The notes under the pieces are model-generated. The model was not told the origin of the DNA. It saw only the letters and a list, made by a program, of their open reading frames with translations, and made no database searches. The translations under genes were made by a program, and so were the position numbers. Below, piece after piece: positions 52,142-61,773 of a DNA stretch of 64,000 nucleotides. Location: contig JAJZRP010000003.1 in the NCBI GenBank assembly GCA_021802655.1, forward strand, positions 1,024 through 65,023, given 5' to 3'. The first letter of the stretch is position 1. Every line of letters begins with the position of its first letter. Origin of the DNA: Pseudomonadota bacterium (GTDB lineage Bacteria > Pseudomonadota > Gammaproteobacteria > Burkholderiales > JABEVD01).

Positions 52142-52659
52142 GCTCGCCGGTATTTTCCGACAAGCTCGGCTTCATCGAGAATATGCCCTTTCATGGCATT
52201 CATGAGATCGCTTTTCGAAGCCATGCCGAGATTCGGCAGGATGACGTCGAGCGCATAGAGCCTGTGGAAATAGCGGTGGTTGCCCACCGGGGGGCATGGC
52301 CCGCCGTATGTCGTGCGCTTGAAATCCGTCCAGCCCGAGAGCGTCCCTTGAGGAAGATCCCGGATTCCTTCGCTGAGCGAAGCGGTTTCCGGAGGAAGGT
52401 TGTAGAGCAGCCAATGGGTCCAGTCCATCCTGGGGTGCTCGGGATCAGGGGCATCCGGGTCGTCGATGAAAAGAACCAGGCTTTTCGTCCCCTTGGGGAT
52501 GCCGCTGAAAGCGAGCGGCGGCGAAATGTTCAGGCCGTCGCAGGTGTATTTTGCAGGGATCTGCCCGCCATCCTGGAAGGCGGAAGAGGTCAGGATCATG
52601 TTTCCTCCCGCCATGGCTGCAGGCATCGAAAAAAGAAAAAGGATTTCGGCAAGTCTCAT
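52138..52659 (-). CDS. YbhB/YbcL-family (PEBP/RKIP-like) protein, likely exported
   Basis: LTSSAF, DPDAP, WTHW and YGGPCPP..HRY. Confidence 0.92.
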   Translation of the reverse strand: MRLAEILFLFSMPAAMAGGNMILTSSAFQDGGQIPAKYTCDGLNISPPLAFSGIPKGTKSLVLFIDDPDAPDPEHPRMDWTHWLLYNLPPETASLSEGIRDLPQGTLSGWTDFKRTTYGGPCPPVGNHRYFHRLYALDVILPNLGMASKSDLMNAMKGHILDEAELVGKYRRA

Positions 52660-52707
52660 TTTTGTAGAATAGACGAAATTCCCGGGGGGCGGTGTTAAAA
52701 TGTCGCC

Positions 52708-55700
52708 ATGTCAGATCCCCGTTTCGTCCACCTCAGGCTGCACAGCGAATATTCCGTGTCAGACAGCATCGTCAGGCTCGACGATGCGCTGGAAGCCGCC
52801 CGGCAGGACGCCATGCCCGCGCTCGCGCTCACGGATTTATCCAATGTCTTCGGCCTGGTGAAATTCTATCTTGCAGCGCGGCAAAAGGGCGTGAAGCCGA
52901 TTGCGGGCTGCGATGTCTGGCTGGAAAAGGGCTACCGCATGCTCCTGCTTTGCCAGTCCAGGGAGGGTTACCTGAAGCTTTGCGAAATACTGTCCCTCGC
53001 ATACAGGAAGAACCAGAACCGGGGAAGGGCGGAGATCAGGGCGGAATGGTTCGAGGAAATCGGAAGCGAAGGCCTGATCGCCCTGTCCGGCGCACACCTC
53101 GGAGAAGTCGGCCAGCTTCTGCTGCAGGGCGGCGATGCCGCCGATGCTGCAAAAAAATGGAGTGCGCTTTTCCCGGGGCGCTTCTACATCGAACTGCAAA
53201 GGGTGGATCAGCAGAGCGAACTCTGCGTCCAGCATTCGATCAAGCTGGCTTCCATGCTGGGGCTTCCCGTCGTCGCGACCCATCCCGTCCAGTTCATGCG
53301 CCGCGAGGATTACAAGGCGCACGAAGCCAGGGTTTGCATCGCGGAAGGGGCGATACTGGGAGACCCGCGCAGGACAAGGCATTTCAATGAGGAGCAGTAT
53401 TTCAAGACCCAGGAGGAAATGGTCGGGCTGTACGCCGATATTCCGGAGGCACTCGAGAACGGTGTCGAAATCGCGAAGCGCTGCAATCTGACACTTGAAA
53501 TAGGCAACAACAAGCTGCCTGCGTTTCCCACGCCGGAAGGGCAGGGGCTCGACGAATATCTGCGCGGGCAGGCCGTCTCCGGTCTCTCGAAGCGCATGGC
53601 GATGCTTTATCCTGATCCGGGTGAGCGCGAGAAGCAGTATCCGAAGTACATGGAGAGGCTGGAATTCGAGGTCGCCATGATCATCAGGATGGGATTCCCC
53701 GGCTACTTCCTGATCGTCGCCGATTTCATCAACTGGGCAAAAGGAAACGGCGTGCCGGTGGGTCCGGGCAGGGGCTCGGGGGCGGGTTCTCTGGTCGCCT
53801 ATTGCCTCGGCATCACCGATCTCGATCCTCTCAGGTACGATCTGCTTTTCGAGCGATTCCTGAATCCCGAGCGCGTTTCCATGCCCGACTTCGACATCGA
53901 TTTCTGCCAGGACGGGCGGGAGCGCGTGATCGAATATGTCAGGCAGAAATACGGCGAGGAGAGCGTCTCGCAGATCGCGACTTTCGGCACCATGGCGGCA
54001 AAGGCCGTGGTGAGGGACGTGGGGCGCGTGCTCGATCTTCCCTACGGCTTCGTCGATTCTCTGGCGAAACTGATTCCTTTCGAGATCGGCATGACGCTCA
54101 AAAAGGCCCGCGAGCAGGAGCCTGAAATCAACCTGAGGGCCGAGCAGGAAGAGGAAGTTTCCGAGCTTCTGGAACTTGCTGCAGCGCTGGAAGGCCTGAC
54201 CCGCAATGTCGGGATGCATGCGGGAGGGGTGCTGATCGCACCCGGCAAGCTGACGGATTTCTGCCCCGTCTATTGTACCGAAGGGAGCGAAGCGGTTGTC
54301 AGCCAGTTCGACAAGGACGATGTCGAGAAGGTGGGGCTCGTCAAGTTCGACTTTCTGGGCCTGAGAACCCTGACCATCCTGGACTGGGCGGTGAGATACC
54401 TCAGGATGCTCGACGGGAAAGAAGAAAATTTTTCCGTCGAATCCATTGCGCTCGACGACCCCGCCACTTACAAGCTGCTGAAAGCCTGCGATACGACGGC
54501 GGTTTTTCAGCTCGAATCGAGGGGAATGAAGGATCTCGTGAGGCGGTTGCAGCCCGACTGCTTCGAAGACATCATCGCGCTGGTGGCGCTGTTCAGGCCG
54601 GGGCCGCTGCAGTCCGGCATGGTCGACGACTTCATCAACAGGAAGCACGGCAGGGCCAAGGTCGATTATTTCCATCCCGATCTCGAAGGGGTGTTGAAGC
54701 CGACCTATGGCGTGATCGTTTATCAGGAGCAGGTGATGCAGATCGCCCAGATCCTGGGCGGCTATTCCCTGGGTGCGGCAGATCTTCTGCGGCGCGCGAT
54801 GGGCAAGAAAAAGCCCGAAGAAATGGCGAAGCATCGAAGCATCTTCGTCGCGGGAGCACTCGAACGCGGCGTGCCCGAATGGCAGGCGCAGCAGCTTTTC
54901 GACCTCATGGAAAAGTTCGCAGAATACGGCTTCAACAAGTCGCATTCGGCGGCCTATGCGCTGGTTGCCTATCAGACCGCCTATCTCAAGGCGCATTATC
55001 CCGCTGCGTTCATGGCCGCTACGCTTTCAGCCGATATGGACGACACCGACAAGGTGCACAATTTTTATGCCGACTGCCTGGCGAACGGCCTCGTGATGCT
55101 TCCCCCCGACATCAACAGGAGCGATTACCGCTTTTTCCCGGTGGATTTCGAGCGGATACGCTATGGCCTCGGGGCAGTGAAGGGGACGGGAGAAGCTGCG
55201 ATTCTCGCCATCCTGGAGGCGAGGAAGGAAGGGGACTTCCGGGACATTTTCGATTTTTGCAGGCGGGTGGACAGAAGGACGGTGAACCGGCGCGTGATCG
55301 AGTCGCTGGTGCGCGCGGGCGCATTCGATTGCCTCAATCCGAACCGGAAGAGCCTGCTCGCGTCCGTAGGACTTGCGATGGAAGGCGCAGAGCAATCGAG
55401 CCGGGCCGCCAATCAGCATTCCCTTTTCGACGATGCCGAAGAAGAGTTCGGGCATGTCGAAATCCAGGATTTCAGCATGAAGGAAAGGCTGAGAGAAGAA
55501 AAAGCCAGTCTCGGTTTCTATTTCAGCGGACATCCTTTCGATTCGGATCTCGAAGAGGTTTCGCATTTCTGCAAGATGCGTCTCAACCAGTTGAGTGTCG
55601 CGAAGGGACCTGCAAAGCCCGTGCTGCTGGCGGGAATCGTGCTGAGCGCGAGAATCCAGCAAACGAAACGGGGAAGAATGGCGATAGTGACGCTTGACGA

Positions 55701-56094
55701 CGGCAGTGCGCAGGTCGAGGTATCGGTCTTTTCAGAATTGTTCGAGGCGAGAAGGGATCTGATCAAGGAGGATCAAATCCTGATAGTCGAAGGCAAGGCG
55801 AGCTTCGATGATTATTCGGGCGGGACCCGGGTCACCGCGGAAAATCTTTACGATATCGCCGGAGCCCGGTCGCGATATGCGAAAGCGCTGGAATTTCATT
55901 GCGACCCGGGTACGAACATTGCGGGACTGATGAATCTGATTTCCCCCTTCAGGGGAGAAGGCTGCCCTGCGCGAATCATTTACAGCAACGGAAGAGCAAG
56001 TTGCGAAGTCGAACTCTGGCAGGTCAGGCCGGAGGATGCGCTTCTGGAGTCGCTCAAAAGTCATTCCGATAAGGTGAGGCTGGTTTATTCATGA
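52708..56094 (+). CDS. dnaE: DNA polymerase III alpha subunit
   Basis: FVHLRLHSEYS, GRGSGAGS, SMPDFDIDF, KFDFLGL and YGFNKSH. Confidence 0.98.
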   Translation: MSDPRFVHLRLHSEYSVSDSIVRLDDALEAARQDAMPALALTDLSNVFGLVKFYLAARQKGVKPIAGCDVWLEKGYRMLLLCQSREGYLKLCEILSLAYRKNQNRGRAEIRAEWFEEIGSEGLIALSGAHLGEVGQLLLQGGDAADAAKKWSALFPGRFYIELQRVDQQSELCVQHSIKLASMLGLPVVATHPVQFMRREDYKAHEARVCIAEGAILGDPRRTRHFNEEQYFKTQEEMVGLYADIPEALENGVEIAKRCNLTLEIGNNKLPAFPTPEGQGLDEYLRGQAVSGLSKRMAMLYPDPGEREKQYPKYMERLEFEVAMIIRMGFPGYFLIVADFINWAKGNGVPVGPGRGSGAGSLVAYCLGITDLDPLRYDLLFERFLNPERVSMPDFDIDFCQDGRERVIEYVRQKYGEESVSQIATFGTMAAKAVVRDVGRVLDLPYGFVDSLAKLIPFEIGMTLKKAREQEPEINLRAEQEEEVSELLELAAALEGLTRNVGMHAGGVLIAPGKLTDFCPVYCTEGSEAVVSQFDKDDVEKVGLVKFDFLGLRTLTILDWAVRYLRMLDGKEENFSVESIALDDPATYKLLKACDTTAVFQLESRGMKDLVRRLQPDCFEDIIALVALFRPGPLQSGMVDDFINRKHGRAKVDYFHPDLEGVLKPTYGVIVYQEQVMQIAQILGGYSLGAADLLRRAMGKKKPEEMAKHRSIFVAGALERGVPEWQAQQLFDLMEKFAEYGFNKSHSAAYALVAYQTAYLKAHYPAAFMAATLSADMDDTDKVHNFYADCLANGLVMLPPDINRSDYRFFPVDFERIRYGLGAVKGTGEAAILAILEARKEGDFRDIFDFCRRVDRRTVNRRVIESLVRAGAFDCLNPNRKSLLASVGLAMEGAEQSSRAANQHSLFDDAEEEFGHVEIQDFSMKERLREEKASLGFYFSGHPFDSDLEEVSHFCKMRLNQLSVAKGPAKPVLLAGIVLSARIQQTKRGRMAIVTLDDGSAQVEVSVFSELFEARRDLIKEDQILIVEGKASFDDYSGGTRVTAENLYDIAGARSRYAKALEFHCDPGTNIAGLMNLISPFRGEGCPARIIYSNGRASCEVELWQVRPEDALLESLKSHSDKVRLVYS

Positions 56095-56558
56095 TCATAG
56101 ACGACGATATGCTGGGTTCCCTGAGCCTTTCTGCAGCAGCATCGGAGAGAAGAAGGAAGAACCTGAATTTTCATCAAGGCGAGCTCTCAGTTTGCAACCG
56201 GCTCCTGAATGCGATCGAGCCGGATTCCTATGTCCAGCCCCATTGCCATCTCGATGCCTCGAAGGACGAAACGCTGATTCTCCTCAAGGGAAGACTGGGT
56301 TTGCTCTATTTTTCTGAACAAGGGGAAGTCGTCATGAAAACCGTGCTGGATCCTGAATGCGGCGTTTATGGCGTCAACATTCCCCATGGCACGATTCATA
56401 CCGTGGTGTCCCTGCAACCCGGCACGGTTTTCTTCGAGGCGAAAGCGGGGCCCTATGTTCCCATTGCCGATGCCGAGCGGGCTCCATGGGCACCCCGGGA
56501 AGGCGCCCCAGATGCTTCATCCTACATGGAATCGCTGAAGCAAACTTTCGAAATCTGA
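56091..56558 (+). CDS. WbuC-family cupin-fold metalloprotein
   Basis: RRRKNLNFH, RLLNAIEPDSYVQPHCH, HTVVSL and FEAKAGPY. Confidence 0.85.
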   Translation: MIIDDDMLGSLSLSAAASERRRKNLNFHQGELSVCNRLLNAIEPDSYVQPHCHLDASKDETLILLKGRLGLLYFSEQGEVVMKTVLDPECGVYGVNIPHGTIHTVVSLQPGTVFFEAKAGPYVPIADAERAPWAPREGAPDASSYMESLKQTFEI

Positions 56559-56665
56559 GATGGGAAGCCGAGGTTTTCTTGCGCCATGCCTATCCGGTGC
56601 GTAGTATTCATTTATGAACCATATCGGCGCGATCGAATTTCACTCAATCCCTGCGGCCAGATCTT

Positions 56666-59257
56666 ATGAATGGAGCCATTGATTTGAAATACAGGGAGTT
56701 TCTTGAGGAAGCTCCCGATGCTTTTTTCGCCCACGATCTGGAAGGCCGGATCAGCGACGTCAACCGCAAGGCATGCGAGAGTCTCGGTTATTCCCGAGAG
56801 GAATTGCTGAACATGACGGTCATGGATATCGAGCAGGATTTCGACATGACGGCTGCGAAGGTGTTCTGGGAGAGAGTCCGGTCCGGAGAAACCATGGCGT
56901 TCTCGGGGCGGCACCGGCGCAGGGATGGAACGGTTTTTCCGGTTGACATCCACCTCGGCGTATGCCTTGTTGGCGGTAGCAAAACCCTGCTGGCGCTGGC
57001 ACACGACATTACCTCACGCAAAAAGGCCGAAAACCGCCAGGATAGGCTGACGAAGCTCTACAGGGCGCTCAGCGAAGTCAACCAGGCCATCGTGCGCATG
57101 GAGACGGAATCAGAACTGTTTCCCCTGGTTTGCAGGATGGCAGTTGATTTCGGTGGCATGAAAATGGCCTGGGTGGGACAGATGAATCCGGCAAGCGGTT
57201 TGATCGAGCCGATAGTGAATTATGGAAGCGGATCGGATTATCTCGATGACATAACCATCTCGGGAAGCGATGCCGTACCGGAGGGGCGCGGCCCTTCCGG
57301 CACGGCTTACCGGGAGAACCGGAATGTGATCGTCAACGATTTGAGAGCCGACCCGTCGATGCGGCCATGGCTTGGGACAGCTTCCAGCTTCGGATTCGAA
57401 TCGTGCGGCTCCTTCCCGGTATTTCGCGGGGATAAGCCCTTCGCCGTATTCACGGTTTATCATGAGCAAGCTGATGCCTTCGATGAGGAAGCGGTGGGGT
57501 TGCTGGATGAAATGTCGCGGGATATTTCATTTGCGCTGAATAATTTCGATCGCGAAAGGGAGCGCCAGTCGGCAGAAGAGGCATTGTATCTCAGCGAGGA
57601 TAAATTCTCGAAGATATTCCATAATTCGCCCAACCCGATTTCCGTTTCCAGACTTGAAGACGGCAAATTCATCGACGTCAACGAGGCATGGAGCCGCATT
57701 ACCGGATACTCGGGGCAGGAAGCCATCGGCAGGACGGCATTGGAGCTGGGGGTGTGGGCGAATCCGGAAGATCGAAACAAAGTCGTCGAAGCACTCAGGG
57801 AAAGCGGGCACATCAGGGGAGTCGAGTTTTCCTTCAGGACGATGGCAGGCAGCGAGGTGATGTGCCTGGTCTCTGCGGAGAAGGTCGCCATACAAAACGA
57901 GCAGTGTCTGGTACTTGTCGCGCAGGACATCAGCGAACTCAAACAGGCCAACGCTCTGATCTGGAAGCAGGCCAATTTCGATTTCCTGACCGATCTGCCA
58001 AACCGTCATATGTTCTACGACAGGCTGGAACAGGAGATCAGGAAAGCGCATCGCGACGGGGGTGCCTTGGCGCTGTTCTTCATCGATCTCGACCGGTTCA
58101 AGGAAGTCAACGACGCGCTGGGCCACCAGACCGGGGATACGCTGCTGGTTGAGGCGGCGAAACGGATATCCGCCTGCATCGGCGAATCGGATACCCTGGC
58201 CCGGCTGGGTGGGGATGAATTCGCGATCCTCTCCGGGATGCGCGAGACGATGCACATAGAGAATGTCGCACAGCATATACTGGATGCGCTTTCCGAGCCT
58301 TTTGCCGTGGCAGGGAAGCCGGGGCGGATTTATGTTTCGGCGAGCATCGGCATTACACTTTATCCTGGGGATGCCGTTAATGCCGATCAACTGCTGAAAA
58401 ATGCGGACCAGGCGCTGTATGCGGCGAAGAATGCGGGGAGAAACCGCTTCAGCTATTTCACCCAATCGCTGCAGGAAAAAGCCCAGGCCAGGCTCAGGCT
58501 GCTCAATGACTTGAGAGGGGCGCTTTCCGCAAACCAGTTCCTGCTCTATTTCCAGCCCATCATGGATATTTCTTCGAATCGCATCGTCAAGGCAGAAACC
58601 CTGCTGCGCTGGAAGCATCCGGAGCGGGGCATGGTGAGTCCGATGGAATTCATTCCGCTCGCAGAGGAGACGAGGCTGATCCTTGAAATAGGGGATTGGG
58701 TTTTCAGGGAAGCTGCGAGATGGGCGAGTTTGTGGACCAAACGGCATCCTGATTTGGAGATCGGTGTGAATATGTCTCCGCTGCAGTTCAAAAGCGGTGC
58801 GGGAAGCATCAATGCCTGGCTGGAGCATCTGCGGCAGCTCGGTCTTTCCGGCCGTAATGTGGCCATAGAGATCACGGAGAGCTTGCTTCTCGATGCCGAT
58901 TCGGAGGTCACGGGCAGGCTGAACGAGTTCAGAAATGCCGACATTCGGGTGGCGATAGACGATTTCGGAACGGGCTACTCGGCCCTTTCCTACCTGAAGA
59001 AATTCCATATCGACTATCTGAAGATAGACCGGGCATTCGTCAGGAATCTGGCAAGCGATTCGAGCGATATGGCCCTTTCCGAAGCGATTATCGTGATGGC
59101 GCACAAGCTCGGCCTCAAAGTCATCGCCGAAGGGGTGGAAACAGTGGAGCAGCGCGATCTGCTTCTTCAGGCAGGCTGCGATTACGCCCAGGGCTACCTG
59201 TTTTCCAAACCGATCCCGCCGGAGGAATTCGAGGCCCGCCTGGATTACCGGACTTGA
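56666..59257 (+). CDS. PAS-GAF-PAS-GGDEF-EAL c-di-GMP signalling protein
   Basis: Two PAS domains and a GAF; DFLTDLPNR, RLGGDEF, AETLLRW and DDFGTGYS. Confidence 0.93.
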   Translation: MNGAIDLKYREFLEEAPDAFFAHDLEGRISDVNRKACESLGYSREELLNMTVMDIEQDFDMTAAKVFWERVRSGETMAFSGRHRRRDGTVFPVDIHLGVCLVGGSKTLLALAHDITSRKKAENRQDRLTKLYRALSEVNQAIVRMETESELFPLVCRMAVDFGGMKMAWVGQMNPASGLIEPIVNYGSGSDYLDDITISGSDAVPEGRGPSGTAYRENRNVIVNDLRADPSMRPWLGTASSFGFESCGSFPVFRGDKPFAVFTVYHEQADAFDEEAVGLLDEMSRDISFALNNFDRERERQSAEEALYLSEDKFSKIFHNSPNPISVSRLEDGKFIDVNEAWSRITGYSGQEAIGRTALELGVWANPEDRNKVVEALRESGHIRGVEFSFRTMAGSEVMCLVSAEKVAIQNEQCLVLVAQDISELKQANALIWKQANFDFLTDLPNRHMFYDRLEQEIRKAHRDGGALALFFIDLDRFKEVNDALGHQTGDTLLVEAAKRISACIGESDTLARLGGDEFAILSGMRETMHIENVAQHILDALSEPFAVAGKPGRIYVSASIGITLYPGDAVNADQLLKNADQALYAAKNAGRNRFSYFTQSLQEKAQARLRLLNDLRGALSANQFLLYFQPIMDISSNRIVKAETLLRWKHPERGMVSPMEFIPLAEETRLILEIGDWVFREAARWASLWTKRHPDLEIGVNMSPLQFKSGAGSINAWLEHLRQLGLSGRNVAIEITESLLLDADSEVTGRLNEFRNADIRVAIDDFGTGYSALSYLKKFHIDYLKIDRAFVRNLASDSSDMALSEAIIVMAHKLGLKVIAEGVETVEQRDLLLQAGCDYAQGYLFSKPIPPEEFEARLDYRT

Positions 59258-59273
59258 CGCCGGCGGCGTTCCT

Positions 59274-60320
59274 TTAAAAGGCGATCATCGCGACAAGTCC
59301 CGCTGCAATACCCGAAAGAGCGACGCAGAGTGCGATTAGAAGCCGGGTGCGCAGGCTGAAAACTCGGCCCAGCATGGCAAGCGAGGGCAGGCTGACGGCG
59401 GGCAGCGTCATGATGAGCGCGCCTGCAGGACCCGCGCCCAGCCCCAAAGCCAGCATCGCCTGCACGATGGGTACTTCTCCTGCCGTGGGGATGACGAACA
59501 GGGTGCCGGCAAGCGCCATGGCGACGATCCACAGGATGCCGTCATGCGCGCCGAGCACCGGAAAAAGCCAGGCACGAACTGCGCCGAGAAGCAGCACGAG
59601 CATTAAATATTCCGGCACGAGGCCGATGGCGAGGGTGGCAAATTCCCTGATCCAGCGCAAGAAGAATCCGCCTTCCGGGGTTTCCGGCTGGAAACCCGGT
59701 TCGGCTGCAACGGGCTCTGCGGCATAACGCTCCGCGAGATGGGCGATCCCGACTACCATCGCCAGGCCGAATACCAGCCTGAAAAGGGACCAGCCCCAGC
59801 CCAGCACGAACCCCATGAACACCAGGGTGGCCGGATTCAGCACCGGGTTGGACAGCCACCACGCCACCACGCTTCCGACCGATGCCCGGCTTTGACGCAT
59901 GCCGACCGCCACGGGCGCTGCGCAGCAGGTGCACATCATGGAAGGCAAACCGAACAGGCCGCCGAGGGCGACATTCCTGAAACCCGCGTGTCCGAGCGCT
60001 TCACCAAGCCATTTTCCGGGCAGCAGCGCCTTGATGCCGGAACCGAGCAGGAGGCCGAGAACAAGCGCCTGCCAGATCGATTTGATGTAGACGACGGCGT
60101 AATCCAGGGCGGCGTTCCATGAAGGCGGGGGCGCCGATGGCGCTTTTCCAGAAAGTAGCGAATCGCCTATGGCATGATGGCTCTGCGCCACGAACGCCTT
60201 GGCATAGTAGGGGATCCACTTGACATAGGCGACCCCGACCAGGGCGACGAGGACGAAGATCATCGCCCTGGCGTAATACGATCGTTCTTCCGATTTGAAT
60301 TGCATGGCAAGACCTTTCAT
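59274..60320 (-). CDS. DUF318/ArsP-like predicted permease
   Basis: MMCTCCAAP, NPVLNPATL and IPTAGEVPI; multi-TM. Confidence 0.82.
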   Translation of the reverse strand: MKGLAMQFKSEERSYYARAMIFVLVALVGVAYVKWIPYYAKAFVAQSHHAIGDSLLSGKAPSAPPPSWNAALDYAVVYIKSIWQALVLGLLLGSGIKALLPGKWLGEALGHAGFRNVALGGLFGLPSMMCTCCAAPVAVGMRQSRASVGSVVAWWLSNPVLNPATLVFMGFVLGWGWSLFRLVFGLAMVVGIAHLAERYAAEPVAAEPGFQPETPEGGFFLRWIREFATLAIGLVPEYLMLVLLLGAVRAWLFPVLGAHDGILWIVAMALAGTLFVIPTAGEVPIVQAMLALGLGAGPAGALIMTLPAVSLPSLAMLGRVFSLRTRLLIALCVALSGIAAGLVAMIAF

Positions 60321-60357
60321 TTTGACGCCATTTTGCCAGCGGATGAATGTTTCGGCC

Positions 60358-60377
60358 AGGGCCTGTTAACAGGCCCT
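60358..60377. repeat. Perfect 20-bp palindrome between the dacB stop and the permease gene
   Basis: AGGGCCTGTTAACAGGCCCT is its own reverse complement. Confidence 0.75.
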
Positions 60378-61773
60378 AGCCGTTCTGTTCTATCCATTCC
60401 AGGAGCGCGTCTTCGAAAGGCTTCGCCCTTTTCGCGCCCGGATCTTCGACGATGCATACGACGACGAATCTTTTTCCGGATTTCGTCTGGACGAGTCCCG
60501 CTATCGCCCTGACATTTTCCAGTGACCCCGTCTTGATGTAGGCGCGCCCTTTGACCTGCGTTTTCCCGAGCCGCTTTTTCATGGTGCCGTCGATTCCGGC
60601 AATGGGAAGGGACGAAAAGAAGGTCGGCATGAGCGGGCTGCGATACGCATCGAGAAGCAGCTTGCCGAGATGCATCGGGCTGATCGCAGCTTCCCTGGAA
60701 AGGCCTGAGCCGTTGTCCAGAACGAGTTCGGGGAAGACAAGCCCCTGTTCTTCCAGCCATGTCTTGACCTGTAAACGGGCGGATTCTTCCGTCCCGGGAA
60801 GGCTCTTCAGCGCTCCCAGGGTGAGGAAGATCTGCCTCGCCATCACGTTGTTGCTGTACTTGTTCATGTCGGTGACGAGAGAAGAAAGCGGAGGGGACCG
60901 GGTTGCGGCAAGCAGCTTCGCATCAGGCGGAACAACGCCTTCTTGCCATTCCCCTTCGATTTTTCCGCCTGATTCGCTCCAGAGCTTGGAGAAGAGCTGG
61001 AAGAGATATTCGGAATGATCGTATGCGGCGATTTCGTCCTCCTTCTCTCCGCATGAGGCCGGAAATTGGCCGCTCAGGGCCAGCTTCGCGCTTTTTCCGT
61101 CGCTTTCTATCTGCTCGGCAATCCCGTCCTCCCAGTCGCCGCAGGGGCCCGTCATGCTCTTCAGACGATTGGAAACGGAAAGGCTGGAAAAATCCGGAAG
61201 CGCGATCAGCTTGACCGAATTGCCATCCGGGACGAAGCGGATGCTGTTCGCTTCGAAATTGACCAGGAGCGCATCGGGAATCGCGTTATAGGGACGGTAA
61301 GGTTTGCCGTCGAATTTTCCCGGATCTCCCGATACCTGGAAATAGCTCCTGTCGAAAACCAGCCCGCCTTCGATGTCCTTCAATCCTCTCGCTCTCAAAT
61401 CGTTGACGAAAAGCCAGAGCCGCCCGATGTCGAGCTTCGGGTCCCCGTAACCTTTGAGGATCAGCGGGCCTTTCAATATGCCGTTCTCGACTTTTCCGGA
61501 AACATAAGCTTCCGTTTTCCAGGTATGGGCAGGTCCGAGAAGGGAAAGCGCGGCATAGGTCGTGACGAGCTTCATGGTCGAAGCAGGGCTCATCGGTTCT
61601 TGTGCGTGCCACGCAATCACGGGGTTCTTTTCCGAAACTTCCCTGACGTAGATCCCGGCATGACCGGATGGAATGCCGGCTCTCGCCAGTGCATTCCCGA
61701 GTTCCTTCGGCAGCCCGGAGGCCGAAGCCTGAAGGGAGATGATCAGGAGCAGGAAAAAGACCGGGATTCTCAT
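60376..61773 (-). CDS. dacB: D-Ala-D-Ala carboxypeptidase/endopeptidase PBP4
   Basis: SxxK (PASTMK), SxN (YSNN), DNGSGLSR and KTG(S). Confidence 0.93.
   Translation of the reverse strand: MRIPVFFLLLIISLQASASGLPKELGNALARAGIPSGHAGIYVREVSEKNPVIAWHAQEPMSPASTMKLVTTYAALSLLGPAHTWKTEAYVSGKVENGILKGPLILKGYGDPKLDIGRLWLFVNDLRARGLKDIEGGLVFDRSYFQVSGDPGKFDGKPYRPYNAIPDALLVNFEANSIRFVPDGNSVKLIALPDFSSLSVSNRLKSMTGPCGDWEDGIAEQIESDGKSAKLALSGQFPASCGEKEDEIAAYDHSEYLFQLFSKLWSESGGKIEGEWQEGVVPPDAKLLAATRSPPLSSLVTDMNKYSNNVMARQIFLTLGALKSLPGTEESARLQVKTWLEEQGLVFPELVLDNGSGLSREAAISPMHLGKLLLDAYRSPLMPTFFSSLPIAGIDGTMKKRLGKTQVKGRAYIKTGSLENVRAIAGLVQTKSGKRFVVVCIVEDPGAKRAKPFEDALLEWIEQNG

Noticed and set aside
52708..56094. Possible intein or split in dnaE
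   Set aside because: The ORF is a continuous 1128 aa of normal length with no visible intein motifs.
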